DNA of 64,000 nucleotides from a virus: IMG/VR virus record IMGVR_UViG_3300037264_005839; one strand, 5' to 3'. Shown piece by piece: positions 53,839 to 63,231 of this stretch (position 1 is its first letter; each line of letters starts with the position of its first letter). The notes under the pieces were generated by a model. It saw only the letters and a program-made list of their open reading frames with translations, ran no database searches and was not told where the DNA came from. The position numbers and the translations under genes were made by a program.

Positions 53839-56800
53839 TTACGACGAGAGGCCACCCTGTTGCCGCGTCCACATGACCGCGACGTTGATGACGTAGGTGG
53901 TTGTACTGCTCGTGTTTTGCACGCGCAGGATGATGTCGTTCCCGCTGGTGGTCAAGCTAAACGCGATATCGCTGAGGAAGGTGGCACCATTGCCTTGCTC
54001 CGAGCTCGCGTGCGCCGTGGCCAAGTTCGTCGAGGTAGTGTCCCGCCACGCATCTTGGTTGATCAGCACCCCGACGAAGTTTGAGGAGGTCACACTATCC
54101 TGGCCGGTGACACGCACATCGAACTTCATGTTGCGGCCTGCTGCTGACAAGGTCCCAAGTGTCGTGATAGTTGTGAATCCACCACCGCTTGGGGCCGTGA
54201 CCTGGACAGCAAAGGTCCGGCGTTCACTCTCGGTGCCTACGAACCCTGTGGTTGAGCGGACACTCGACGTGTTGGCCACGCCGGAAATGATCCACGCTTC
54301 ATTATTATCGTCCGTGTAGAGCAGCGTGGTGGGGGCATCACTGCGAACCCAGAGATACCCGATGCCGGGGAGAGCCGTGAAGGGCTGGGTCACTTGTTCG
54401 TTCAGCCCGAGGTAGGTGGGGTCGATGCCTCCCGAGACATTGAGTTTGCCGTTGACGAAGACCTCGCCCGCAGTGCCGCCGACCGTCGTGCCGGGGTTGA
54501 GGATGATGTCGCCACCGTCGCCCGTGCTGCCTACTCCTGTGGCATCGCCTGCGTTGATCGTGACGTCTCCGCCGTCTCCGGTACCGGCAGCCGCTGTGTT
54601 GTTTCCTCCGGTGATCGTGACGGCGCCGCCAGACGAGACGGCTCCCGTGGTGTTGCCAGCCGTAGCCGTGAAGGCGCCACCACCCGAGGTCGCATTGCTC
54701 TTGACCGAGGTACCCGCACTGAGCACGACGCTACCGCCGGGGCTGCCTGCCTCGGCCCCGGGGTTGACTTGATTGCCGGCGTTGAGAATGATGTTGCCGC
54801 CAGGACTCGTCGCGTCTCCCGAGGAATTGCCCGCGGTGATCGTGACGGGACGCCCTCCCACGAGAGACTGCGTCGTACTGCTCATCGATCCGGCCGTGAT
54901 GGTGATGGCACCAGGATCATTGCCGGTGACGGCGGCCGTGCTGCCGGCCGTGATAGTGATGTCGCCAGCGATATCAGCCGTCGCACCCAAGCCGGTCGTC
55001 AGGATGGAGATGTCGCCCGTGTCTGTGTCTGTGCCGCCCGTTGCGACCATGCCGCCGAGGGCCGTACGCTGCGTGGAGATCGTGATGTCTCCGGTTGATC
55101 CCGCCGTGTTGGGGCTCACCTGACCACCCGAACGAATGAAGACATCTCCACCAGGTGTGGCATCCCCGAGGCCGCCCTCGATACTCGCGTCCCCACCACC
55201 ACGGTTGCTGGCCGTTGGGACGGCGTTGCCGCCTCGGACGTAGACGCCTCCGGGCACCCCCGTGTTGGTCCCGAAGACGTCTCCGCCGTGGATGAACACC
55301 GAGTCGAAAGAACCGGTGTTGCCCGAGGTCAAAGCACCGCAGTAGAGTTGGACCTGCGATTGAATGGCGCCGTCACCCGAGGCAAGGATCAGATCGCCTC
55401 CCGCGGCGTTGGCCGTTCCGATCTTGTGTCCACCGCGCAAGAGAACAGAGCCACCGGGTGCGAACGAGACTCCAGCCTGATCGCCACCAGTAATGGAAAC
55501 ATAGCCACCCCGAGCTTCGCTGTCGGTCCCCGACGCCCGTCCAGCCCTCACGAAGACATCTTGGCCGTACAGCGTCGTCTGGTCTGTACCGCGTCCGATG
55601 GCTCCGATGCCACATCGGGACGCGAAGACATTCTGAACTTGGCAGACCTCTTCGGCAGAGAGCGCTCGGTCGAACATGAGGACCGCGTGGATCTCTCCGT
55701 TCCACGTTCGGGTATCCCCGGGTTCGTTGCCGATCGTCAGGTCGTTGCCCGCATCCGTGTCAGCGGCCCCTGTGGGAGTCGTGGTCTCTTGGAGACCGAG
55801 GGTCGTGGTCCATGGCTGGCCGTTGATGTAGAGCGTCGGATCATTCGCGACAGCACCTGAATCGTAGACAACCGCGATCGCCATGGTCGAACCGATCGCC
55901 CAAGGGGGCACACCCGTGAACCCCGAAAGGGGTAGCGGCTCGGTACGGCTCGTCTGGTTGAAGGTGCGCCACACCCCGTTCGCCCCGGTGAAGGTTTGCT
56001 CGAACTCGACGCCCACTCGATTGACCGAGAGGTCACGGACATTGATGCGCCATCCGAGGTTGATCGCAGCATTGACACTGCTGACGAGAAAGCCAGCACT
56101 GACCTCTCCAGCACCGCGGGGGCGCGCGATCACAACTACTGTGCCACCACCTGCGAAGATGTTGTCGAGGGCTGCGCCCTTGGTGAAGGTCAAGTCACCC
56201 GTGACTCCCGCGAACCGCCATCCTCCGTCGTCGTAAGTCGTGCCGGTGAGGGTGCCGCCCGTGCCATTGCCCTGCAGGTCCGTGACCGTTGTGGTGCCCA
56301 CCTCAAACGAGCTGCGGTCTGCCGCGTCGACGTAGAAGACAAGATTCTCGAAGATCGTGCCAGGCAGCCCAGTCATGGCACCACCCGCGCCGGAACCGAG
56401 CACCGTGTCTACACCTGTATCGTCCGTGAAAATGAGGACGTTCGGTGCGTCATCACGAACCCAGACGCGACCACGACCCCCAGCCGTGACACCGCCAGGC
56501 ACGGAGACGGCTTCGATGAACTCGAGCGCCGTGTTGGTGACGCGGATGGTGCCCCTCTCGCCACCTCCAGCTCCCGCGCCGCCAGTGAGGAAGACGTAGC
56601 CTCCTGCGCCCATGCCCGCGTCGGAGCCCTGCAGCGTGACACCCCCGCCAACTCCCGTGGCCCCAGCCACGCCACCCATGACCAGGATGGTGCCTCCACC
56701 TCCGGCCATGTTGCCGGTGCCTCCCGTGAGGGAGAGGTCACCGCCGGGGTTGCCTCCCCCGGTCGAGTTTCCGCCGCGCACGAGGACGTCGCTGCCCGCG

Positions 56801-56880
56801 GCTTGGTCTTCTCCACGAACAACGTCTCCGGGGGTGACGATGAAGTCCTCGACGGGTGTCCTGAATGGCGTGCGCGGCAT
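53839..56880 (-). CDS. glycine-rich tail-fibre-like / beta-helix repeat structural protein
   Basis: 1013 aa; long runs of GGxGxxG-type repeats typical of phage fibre/hemagglutinin-like beta-helices; distinct C-terminal domain. Confidence 0.6.
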   Translation of the reverse strand: MPRTPFRTPVEDFIVTPGDVVRGEDQAAGSDVLVRGGNSTGGGNPGGDLSLTGGTGNMAGGGGTILVMGGVAGATGVGGGVTLQGSDAGMGAGGYVFLTGGAGAGGGERGTIRVTNTALEFIEAVSVPGGVTAGGRGRVWVRDDAPNVLIFTDDTGVDTVLGSGAGGAMTGLPGTIFENLVFYVDAADRSSFEVGTTTVTDLQGNGTGGTLTGTTYDDGGWRFAGVTGDLTFTKGAALDNIFAGGGTVVVIARPRGAGEVSAGFLVSSVNAAINLGWRINVRDLSVNRVGVEFEQTFTGANGVWRTFNQTSRTEPLPLSGFTGVPPWAIGSTMAIAVVYDSGAVANDPTLYINGQPWTTTLGLQETTTPTGAADTDAGNDLTIGNEPGDTRTWNGEIHAVLMFDRALSAEEVCQVQNVFASRCGIGAIGRGTDQTTLYGQDVFVRAGRASGTDSEARGGYVSITGGDQAGVSFAPGGSVLLRGGHKIGTANAAGGDLILASGDGAIQSQVQLYCGALTSGNTGSFDSVFIHGGDVFGTNTGVPGGVYVRGGNAVPTASNRGGGDASIEGGLGDATPGGDVFIRSGGQVSPNTAGSTGDITISTQRTALGGMVATGGTDTDTGDISILTTGLGATADIAGDITITAGSTAAVTGNDPGAITITAGSMSSTTQSLVGGRPVTITAGNSSGDATSPGGNIILNAGNQVNPGAEAGSPGGSVVLSAGTSVKSNATSGGGAFTATAGNTTGAVSSGGAVTITGGNNTAAAGTGDGGDVTINAGDATGVGSTGDGGDIILNPGTTVGGTAGEVFVNGKLNVSGGIDPTYLGLNEQVTQPFTALPGIGYLWVRSDAPTTLLYTDDNNEAWIISGVANTSSVRSTTGFVGTESERRTFAVQVTAPSGGGFTTITTLGTLSAAGRNMKFDVRVTGQDSVTSSNFVGVLINQDAWRDTTSTNLATAHASSEQGNGATFLSDIAFSLTTSGNDIILRVQNTSSTTTYVINVAVMWTRQQGGLSS

Positions 56881-56918
56881 GAAGCGTGGGCCTCCGCAAG
56901 GGGAGAGCCCATAGACGC

Positions 56919-56931
56919 ATCACCCGGTGAT
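56919..56931. repeat. 13-nt perfect palindrome ATCACCCGGTGAT upstream of tail-fibre gene
   Basis: overlaps the TTTCACGAT element in the 72-nt gap between the giant gene and the fibre gene. Confidence 0.6.
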
Positions 56932-56952
56932 CGTGAAATATGGTCAACCGCG

Positions 56953-59900
56953 TCAGGACTTCTTCGGCAGGGGCGGCGAGGCTTTCTGCGGAAATACTTG
57001 GTCCGCAGGCACGACAAACCGGTCGATGCGGAACGGCTCTTTCTTCACCTTGACGCGCTTCGGTGTCTTGTCGGTGTCCTCTTCGTCCTCACCAGCCATC
57101 CGCGTAAGCACGTCTAGTTCTTCGTTCTCGGCTTCGCCCAGCATCCGCGTGAGCTCCCCTGGTTTGCGGAAGACATACACGCGCCCGACGCGAACGGGAC
57201 CCACACCGAGCATTTCCTCTTCGGCCTCGAACCCCTCGGGGTTATCCATCTCGCCCTCCATACCCAGTTCTTCCACCGCGTACTGGTAATTATCCTCAAC
57301 CGCCTTCCGAGCGGCATCGGTGTCTTCATCGGAGGACTGAATGTCTTCCCACGAGTCGAATCCTTCAAGGGCGTCAGGGTCATCCTTTAGGGCCATCTGA
57401 AAGGCCCGTTCGTAGATCGAGTCCTCATTCTGTTCTTGGTCGTGTGCTCCCAAGTGATCATAGTGGACAGCCACGAAATTGCCGTGATCCTCTTCTTCAT
57501 CGGTCCGGGCGACGAACAACACGTTCCACTGATTTTCCCCGACACCGCGGGCGGCAAAGTCATGGGCCACCTTCGAGCTTGCCGACCAAGACGAGGCGAG
57601 GGACTGGGCTGGCTGAAGAAACCGACCATCAGTGTACTCGACAGCTACCGGAGTATCTTCCGCGGGCACGAAACCCAGTAGTCCCTCGACCTGCTCGGAC
57701 GTGACCCCGGTGATGCCCCGATACAGGTCCGTGGTGTCTCCTTGATACCGGCCATGTGTCGCCAGGACCTTGAGTGCCTCCTCATCGGTGAGACCCCTTC
57801 CAGTCCGAATGTATCGCGCGAGAATTGACGGCCCTTCCTCGTAGAGCTTTTTCCGTTCCCACGAACCAAGTTTGGCATCGTGATCGATTTTTTCAGCCCG
57901 TTCCGACACGTCCTGCATCGCGGACGACAGCCTCTCTTGATGCCGGTCATCCTTGGGGGTGCGACGATCCACCACTCGGCCAAATACCGCCGACTGATGC
58001 ACAGGAGAGCGGGCGATGTCGGCCGCGGGGCCCTGTTTTGCAGGAGCGGAATCCTCTGCTCTCTGTCCCCACGAAGCCCGAATCTTCTCCTGTTCGGGTT
58101 TCGGGAGCGACGAGAACAGCACCTCATTGCCCGTGGCGGGGTTCTTGAAGCGCTTGCCCTTGACCCACTCGGAGAAGGAACTCTTGGCCACCTTGAGAAG
58201 CCACGCACTGACGATCCTCGACGCCCTCACGTCCCCTTGAGGCTGCCCCTCCTCGTGCTTACTCCTCTCCTGCTGGTAACGGCTGAGATAGCGGCCCACC
58301 AACTCCCTTGCGCTCCTTGAGTAGATCGTCGCGCCCCGGGCATATCCCTTGAGCGTAGCAGGGCTAATGTGCTCCTTGGTGCCGCGTGGGTTTGGGTTCC
58401 TGATTTGAGGATGATTCTCCTTCATCCAGCCCCAGAAATCCGTCATGTGGTCGGTATGGCGCCACGGCTGCACCGCTTTCGAGGCGACCTCGGCCTCGCC
58501 TTCATCCTCATCCTCATCCTCTCGATCAGGGTTGTAGTAGGGACTGTCCTCAAGTGTAAACCCCTCGCCATACGGGTCGTACTCATCCTCCGTGGGCTCC
58601 CTGCCGTAGCGGTCGTCCTCGTCGCGTCCGAGGAAATTGTTGAACAGGTCTGAGCTCGTGTTGTCTTGGTAGGTGCCTCCAGTGAGTCGCCAGTCCCTCG
58701 GGCGCGGGGAGTATCCCGCGTCCCCTGAGACGAACTCAGGCTGTGCGCCACGGGCCCAATTCGTGATTGCCTGCACGAAGTCGGGAAAGTCCGCCCCGTA
58801 GGTCGTCGTCTCTGGCACTGCGACCTCAAGACCGTCTCCCGTGTCATTCTCAAACCTGCGCAGGCGTAGACGCGCGTAGGGTTTGATTCCCTCAACGTCG
58901 CGTCCTTGGTCCTCAAACAACTCGCCCTCATCGAGATCGCGTCCTTCAACGTCCGACTTCCTGACGACGTAGGCGATCATGCCTCCCTCCTCCGCTTCCT
59001 CGATCGCGCACTGAAACTCGCTACCTCCCTCGGAGTGACACGACTGAATAGCCTGCACGGCCTTCGGGTAGTCGCTCATGCGCAAGACGTCGACGGGGTC
59101 GCGGGACAGCACGACGACGAGATCCTGGCCTCGGATGCTACGCCACAAGTCGTAGCTCTGCCGTTTCTTCTCGATCTCTTGCAGACTCCGCAGTTCCTCG
59201 AAGCGCCCCGGGTCGATGGTCGATCCGAGTTCGTGCATCTTGCGGAGGGGTTCCGCATCGTCAGACTCGTAGAAGTCATCGGTGCGCTCGGCCCACTCAC
59301 GGAAATGCCTCATGAGCCAGTCCGCCTCATCGCCGCTCTTGGTCTTGTTGTGAGTCTGAAACAGACCTCGCGCGGCCCAGTACTGCTTCCGAAAGTCTTC
59401 GGACACCTCGGCGTCTCGGTGGTACTCCGCCTCGTGTTCCTTCGTCTTGGCGTCGCGCTCGTCTGGCGAGAGCGCGGCAAAACGGTCCGCGACCTCTTTG
59501 ATGCGCTTCCAACTGTCGGGACTCGGGACCCCAAACTTCTCGATCTCTTCCCATATCTGGCTCGTCGGGAAGCCCTCCACGAGGAGATGCCCCATCCCCG
59601 TCAGTGCTTGGAGCTGATCACGGCCAATGCCGAGCGTGCGCTGGAGCGGGCTCTCACCCTTCGCGAGATCTTGCTGCACTTTGAGCCTGTTCGCGTAGAA
59701 CTCCCTGTCACCCCCTACAAAGTTCTTGACGGCATTCTGGAAGGCTTTGCCAACTTTGGACTTCGTCTTCCCGCTTCCATCGATGACGTAGCCCTGCTTC
59801 CAGTCAACCTGCTCATCATCCTTGAGAGCGCCGTTTGCCCGCAGGAACTTCTCAAGATCCTTCGCGCTGTCAGGCTCGGAAGCCCCAAGGCCACCGTGGT

Positions 59901-62900
59901 CCTCGGGATCTACGACCATCCTACGCCTGCCCTCGAACAGGTGGTCGAACGGGAGATCATCGGTGTCCACTTTCTTGAGGGGGCGCACGTACTTCTCAGA
60001 GATCGCCTTCCGTAACCATGCGGCCGCGATCTTGCGCGTGGCGACCTTGCCTCCGTGCTGCTCCTTGAACGTCCGCACGATGGAAGCCACCGTCTCAAGA
60101 TACTTGCGGCGGTTCGCCGGCGTCAGCCACTCTCGCACACGGTCCCACGTGGGCGAGCGCTCAAGCATTGTCATCACGGAATCGGCGTCCATCGAAATCC
60201 AGTCAGGATCCTCGACGATATCCTCGCCTTTCTCCTTGGCTCGCTCGTGCTTGAACTCCTGGACTTTGTAAATCTTCTCGAGTTCGCGCCTGAATTCCTC
60301 GGCGACTTGACGCTTGAACGCCCGGGCTTCGGAGGGACGGTTGTAGTACTCCCGCTCTCGTCCTTGGAAATGTTCCCGCTCTTTCTGCTCGCTCTCCTCG
60401 GGTGAGTCATGCGGGCCCGGACGCTCAGGGATATCCTTCTTCCGTCGTCGCCGTACCTGTGCGGGAGTCTCGATCACATCGCGGGCGTGGGTCATCTCGT
60501 GGATCATCACCGAGTAGATCTCCTGCTCGATGCGACTCGCCGCCTTCGGGTCTTGGAGTTCTCGGTAGGTCAACTTCGGATTCAGATTGATGCGCAGAGA
60601 GATTGGAAAGCCCTCATCCTTCTCGCCGAGGTGGCGGAACTGCACCCCGCCGCCAGAAACGAAGTGCCTTCCGGCCCGCCACAGGCCCTCACCATGTTCG
60701 CCCACGCCTAGTTGGACGGGGAAAGGCCGAGGTCGTCCCTTCACGGATGTTTCGAACATCCTGCCGTACGTGATGGGCCCACCCCCGCCAGGGAGGAAGC
60801 GATCTCCAATCGGTTCATCGGGAGCGCGGACCTTCCACTTACCGATCTCCTCGGTCATGCGCCGCGCCGTGTCGCGTGCCTTCTCGCGGTCGATCTCCAC
60901 CAAGCCTCGCTCACGCTCAGGCTTGGGATCGCCACCTCGTTGCTTGCGTCGCCACTCCGCGAAAATCCTGGCCTGCTCCTGCTTCGGCAGGCTGACGAAC
61001 AGGACATCATTGCCGGTGTCTGGGTTGCGAAACTTGCGACTCTCGACCTCTTGGCGGAATTCCGACAGCTCGGTCTGCTTCGCCACCACACGGTGCACCC
61101 AAGCCGCAGCCACATCCCGTTCTTTGTCTCGCTTCTTGTACTGTGCTTGGTAGCGCTCGACGATCCTGCGGGCTCGGTCACGGTGGTCACCACTCTCGGC
61201 GTAGCCGCGAAGCGTGGCAGGGGAGATAGTCCGTTCACGACCATCCGGGTTTGGGTTGGGCACGCCGCTAACAGTCCGCCCCATCCACTGCCAGAAATCG
61301 TCAGAAGGCTCAGATGCCTTCCCACGCGCCTTCTCGCGCCTGTCCGACAGGGCCCTGTGCACGGCCTTGATCATCTTCCTGCGATTGTCCTCGTGGAGAT
61401 GCTCGTTGATCTCACGCCATGTGTCGCTCGCACCAAGGATCATCTTGAGGCCACGTGACTCGCCAAACTTCTCGAGCACGGTCTCCTGACGATCTCCGAA
61501 CGCGCGTTCGGTCTCGTCCACGACCTGCTGCATGAAGGCGCGAACCTCATGGGGGTCGTTGTAGTACCGGTCGAGGTCATCCGTCGTGTACTGCTCTCCC
61601 GCGCCGCTCACTTGGTAGCCAGATTGGCGACGCACGTCGGATGCGTGCGTGGCCTCGTGCAGGAGCGTAGTGTAGATCATGTCCTGGATGAGCTCGGGCG
61701 ACCCTCGAAGAGAACGGGCCAGATCCTTCGGCGTGTAGTGTCCATTGAGGCTCACGATCACGACCGGACGCCCTGTCGGCTGGTGCCACCCGAATCCACC
61801 GGAGTCGATGTACGGGCCCGGCCCCCCTGCTGGACCGGCTCGCACGACAACGATCGCGTCGAGGTCCTCCCCCTGCACCGACCGAACTGGCATGCTGTCT
61901 TGCACCCAGACTTGCCGCTCCCGTACTGGTCGATCAGGAGGCGCAGCCTCTAGTTGCTTGAGTAACTTCTCGGACAACTTCGTCGCCTTGGCCCGCACAG
62001 CCTCCTTGTCCACCGGGATCGGTCGGACAGCCCGTCGCATCCACGTTGCCGCAACACGAGGAGCCTCGTCGAGATGCCGCCTCGCAGCATCCCACACGGT
62101 GGCAAGAATTTCCTCGTCATCGTCATCCATGCCCGGGGCATCCGTCTTCGCACCGCGGCGCAGCATGTAGTCGGTCGGCGATTTACCGTCCTTGCGCGCG
62201 CGTTCCCTGACGTAGCCTTCGAGCACCTCCCGAGAACGGGATCCAGCACGTGCATCGAACGAGAGGTCGACGGAGTGGCCGTTCTCCTTCCACCACGACC
62301 GGCCCTTGGGGAGCATCATGAGATGAGAGAAACGCGGCTTGCCTCCGTCCTTGCGGGCGATCTTCTCGATCTCGCGGCGCAAGGCGGGAGACATCATCGC
62401 GAGAGTCTCCTTCTCGATGTCACCGTCATAGCCCAGGCGAGGCCACACGTAGTAGCCCGACCACTCTGAGCCTGGAGAACCCTGCGCCTCGGTTTCAATC
62501 GTCTGGAACCCCTCGCGCTCGGCCGCGAGCACTTGGCCCATCAGCATCCGGGTGCCGATACCCTCGGGCGCGTCCTTGTCCGTCTCGATCTTGAAGTTGG
62601 TGATCCGGTCAGGGCGCGACTGAGAACGTTTCCCAGGGGGGTTGCTGTACTGGATCGTGCGCTCGAAGTAGAGGCCGTCGTCCCCACTGCCGTTGACATA
62701 GAAGCTGGTCGTGTCCTCGTCCCAGTCAACGGTCACCTCGACCCTTCGCAGTTGGCGGGCGAGAGCGCCCATGCCCGCGAGATCGAGCAGTCGGTCGCGA
62801 TGCGACCCATTCCCAACGCCCATCACACGTCGCATCAGCTTGGTGTCGGTCATGTGGGCGCGTCCCCGCCTCGGAGGATCATCGGTTGCGGAACTATCGT

Positions 62901-63177
62901 CGTCGTCGTCCCCCTCAATCGAGAAGTCCACGTGGGAGTAGCGTTCGGGCGAACTCGGGGCACGGATCTTCTCCACCTCCGGGCCCTCGCTTTTCTGCCC
63001 GACCCACTGTTGGTAGAGGCGCGCCTGCTCGTCCTTGGGGAGCGAAACAAACTTGACCTCGTTGCCCGTCGACGGGTTACGGAACTTCCTCCCCTTGACC
63101 GCGTCGAGGAACTCCTTCCGGTAAGCTGCTTGCCGCGCCCAAGCGGCTGCGATGTGGCCGCTGCCCATCCTGAACAC
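56953..63177 (-). CDS. giant modular polyvalent-type protein (repeated modules, two HExxH zincin-like domains, C-terminal ART-like region)
   Basis: 2074 aa; GTG start; repeat AAAW..R..(K/R)F(R/K)NPxTGNxVxFxSLPKxEQ at about 63032-63097, 60983-61039, 58083-58163; HEATH at 61645-61659 and HEMTH at 60487-60501. Confidence 0.7.
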   Translation of the reverse strand: MFRMGSGHIAAAWARQAAYRKEFLDAVKGRKFRNPSTGNEVKFVSLPKDEQARLYQQWVGQKSEGPEVEKIRAPSSPERYSHVDFSIEGDDDDDSSATDDPPRRGRAHMTDTKLMRRVMGVGNGSHRDRLLDLAGMGALARQLRRVEVTVDWDEDTTSFYVNGSGDDGLYFERTIQYSNPPGKRSQSRPDRITNFKIETDKDAPEGIGTRMLMGQVLAAEREGFQTIETEAQGSPGSEWSGYYVWPRLGYDGDIEKETLAMMSPALRREIEKIARKDGGKPRFSHLMMLPKGRSWWKENGHSVDLSFDARAGSRSREVLEGYVRERARKDGKSPTDYMLRRGAKTDAPGMDDDDEEILATVWDAARRHLDEAPRVAATWMRRAVRPIPVDKEAVRAKATKLSEKLLKQLEAAPPDRPVRERQVWVQDSMPVRSVQGEDLDAIVVVRAGPAGGPGPYIDSGGFGWHQPTGRPVVIVSLNGHYTPKDLARSLRGSPELIQDMIYTTLLHEATHASDVRRQSGYQVSGAGEQYTTDDLDRYYNDPHEVRAFMQQVVDETERAFGDRQETVLEKFGESRGLKMILGASDTWREINEHLHEDNRRKMIKAVHRALSDRREKARGKASEPSDDFWQWMGRTVSGVPNPNPDGRERTISPATLRGYAESGDHRDRARRIVERYQAQYKKRDKERDVAAAWVHRVVAKQTELSEFRQEVESRKFRNPDTGNDVLFVSLPKQEQARIFAEWRRKQRGGDPKPERERGLVEIDREKARDTARRMTEEIGKWKVRAPDEPIGDRFLPGGGGPITYGRMFETSVKGRPRPFPVQLGVGEHGEGLWRAGRHFVSGGGVQFRHLGEKDEGFPISLRINLNPKLTYRELQDPKAASRIEQEIYSVMIHEMTHARDVIETPAQVRRRRKKDIPERPGPHDSPEESEQKEREHFQGREREYYNRPSEARAFKRQVAEEFRRELEKIYKVQEFKHERAKEKGEDIVEDPDWISMDADSVMTMLERSPTWDRVREWLTPANRRKYLETVASIVRTFKEQHGGKVATRKIAAAWLRKAISEKYVRPLKKVDTDDLPFDHLFEGRRRMVVDPEDHGGLGASEPDSAKDLEKFLRANGALKDDEQVDWKQGYVIDGSGKTKSKVGKAFQNAVKNFVGGDREFYANRLKVQQDLAKGESPLQRTLGIGRDQLQALTGMGHLLVEGFPTSQIWEEIEKFGVPSPDSWKRIKEVADRFAALSPDERDAKTKEHEAEYHRDAEVSEDFRKQYWAARGLFQTHNKTKSGDEADWLMRHFREWAERTDDFYESDDAEPLRKMHELGSTIDPGRFEELRSLQEIEKKRQSYDLWRSIRGQDLVVVLSRDPVDVLRMSDYPKAVQAIQSCHSEGGSEFQCAIEEAEEGGMIAYVVRKSDVEGRDLDEGELFEDQGRDVEGIKPYARLRLRRFENDTGDGLEVAVPETTTYGADFPDFVQAITNWARGAQPEFVSGDAGYSPRPRDWRLTGGTYQDNTSSDLFNNFLGRDEDDRYGREPTEDEYDPYGEGFTLEDSPYYNPDREDEDEDEGEAEVASKAVQPWRHTDHMTDFWGWMKENHPQIRNPNPRGTKEHISPATLKGYARGATIYSRSARELVGRYLSRYQQERSKHEEGQPQGDVRASRIVSAWLLKVAKSSFSEWVKGKRFKNPATGNEVLFSSLPKPEQEKIRASWGQRAEDSAPAKQGPAADIARSPVHQSAVFGRVVDRRTPKDDRHQERLSSAMQDVSERAEKIDHDAKLGSWERKKLYEEGPSILARYIRTGRGLTDEEALKVLATHGRYQGDTTDLYRGITGVTSEQVEGLLGFVPAEDTPVAVEYTDGRFLQPAQSLASSWSASSKVAHDFAARGVGENQWNVLFVARTDEEEDHGNFVAVHYDHLGAHDQEQNEDSIYERAFQMALKDDPDALEGFDSWEDIQSSDEDTDAARKAVEDNYQYAVEELGMEGEMDNPEGFEAEEEMLGVGPVRVGRVYVFRKPGELTRMLGEAENEELDVLTRMAGEDEEDTDKTPKRVKVKKEPFRIDRFVVPADQVFPQKASPPLPKKS

Positions 63178-63231
63178 GGGCCCCTATAGAACGGTCCGTG
63201 CGCATCGTGAAAATCGAAGGATATCTTGTCT

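Noticed and set aside
53514-53855. 113-aa minus-strand ORF overlapping the IF-3 upstream region
   Set aside because: It has low GC3, and it overlaps the better-supported small zinc-ribbon gene (53641-53838) and the infC promoter region.
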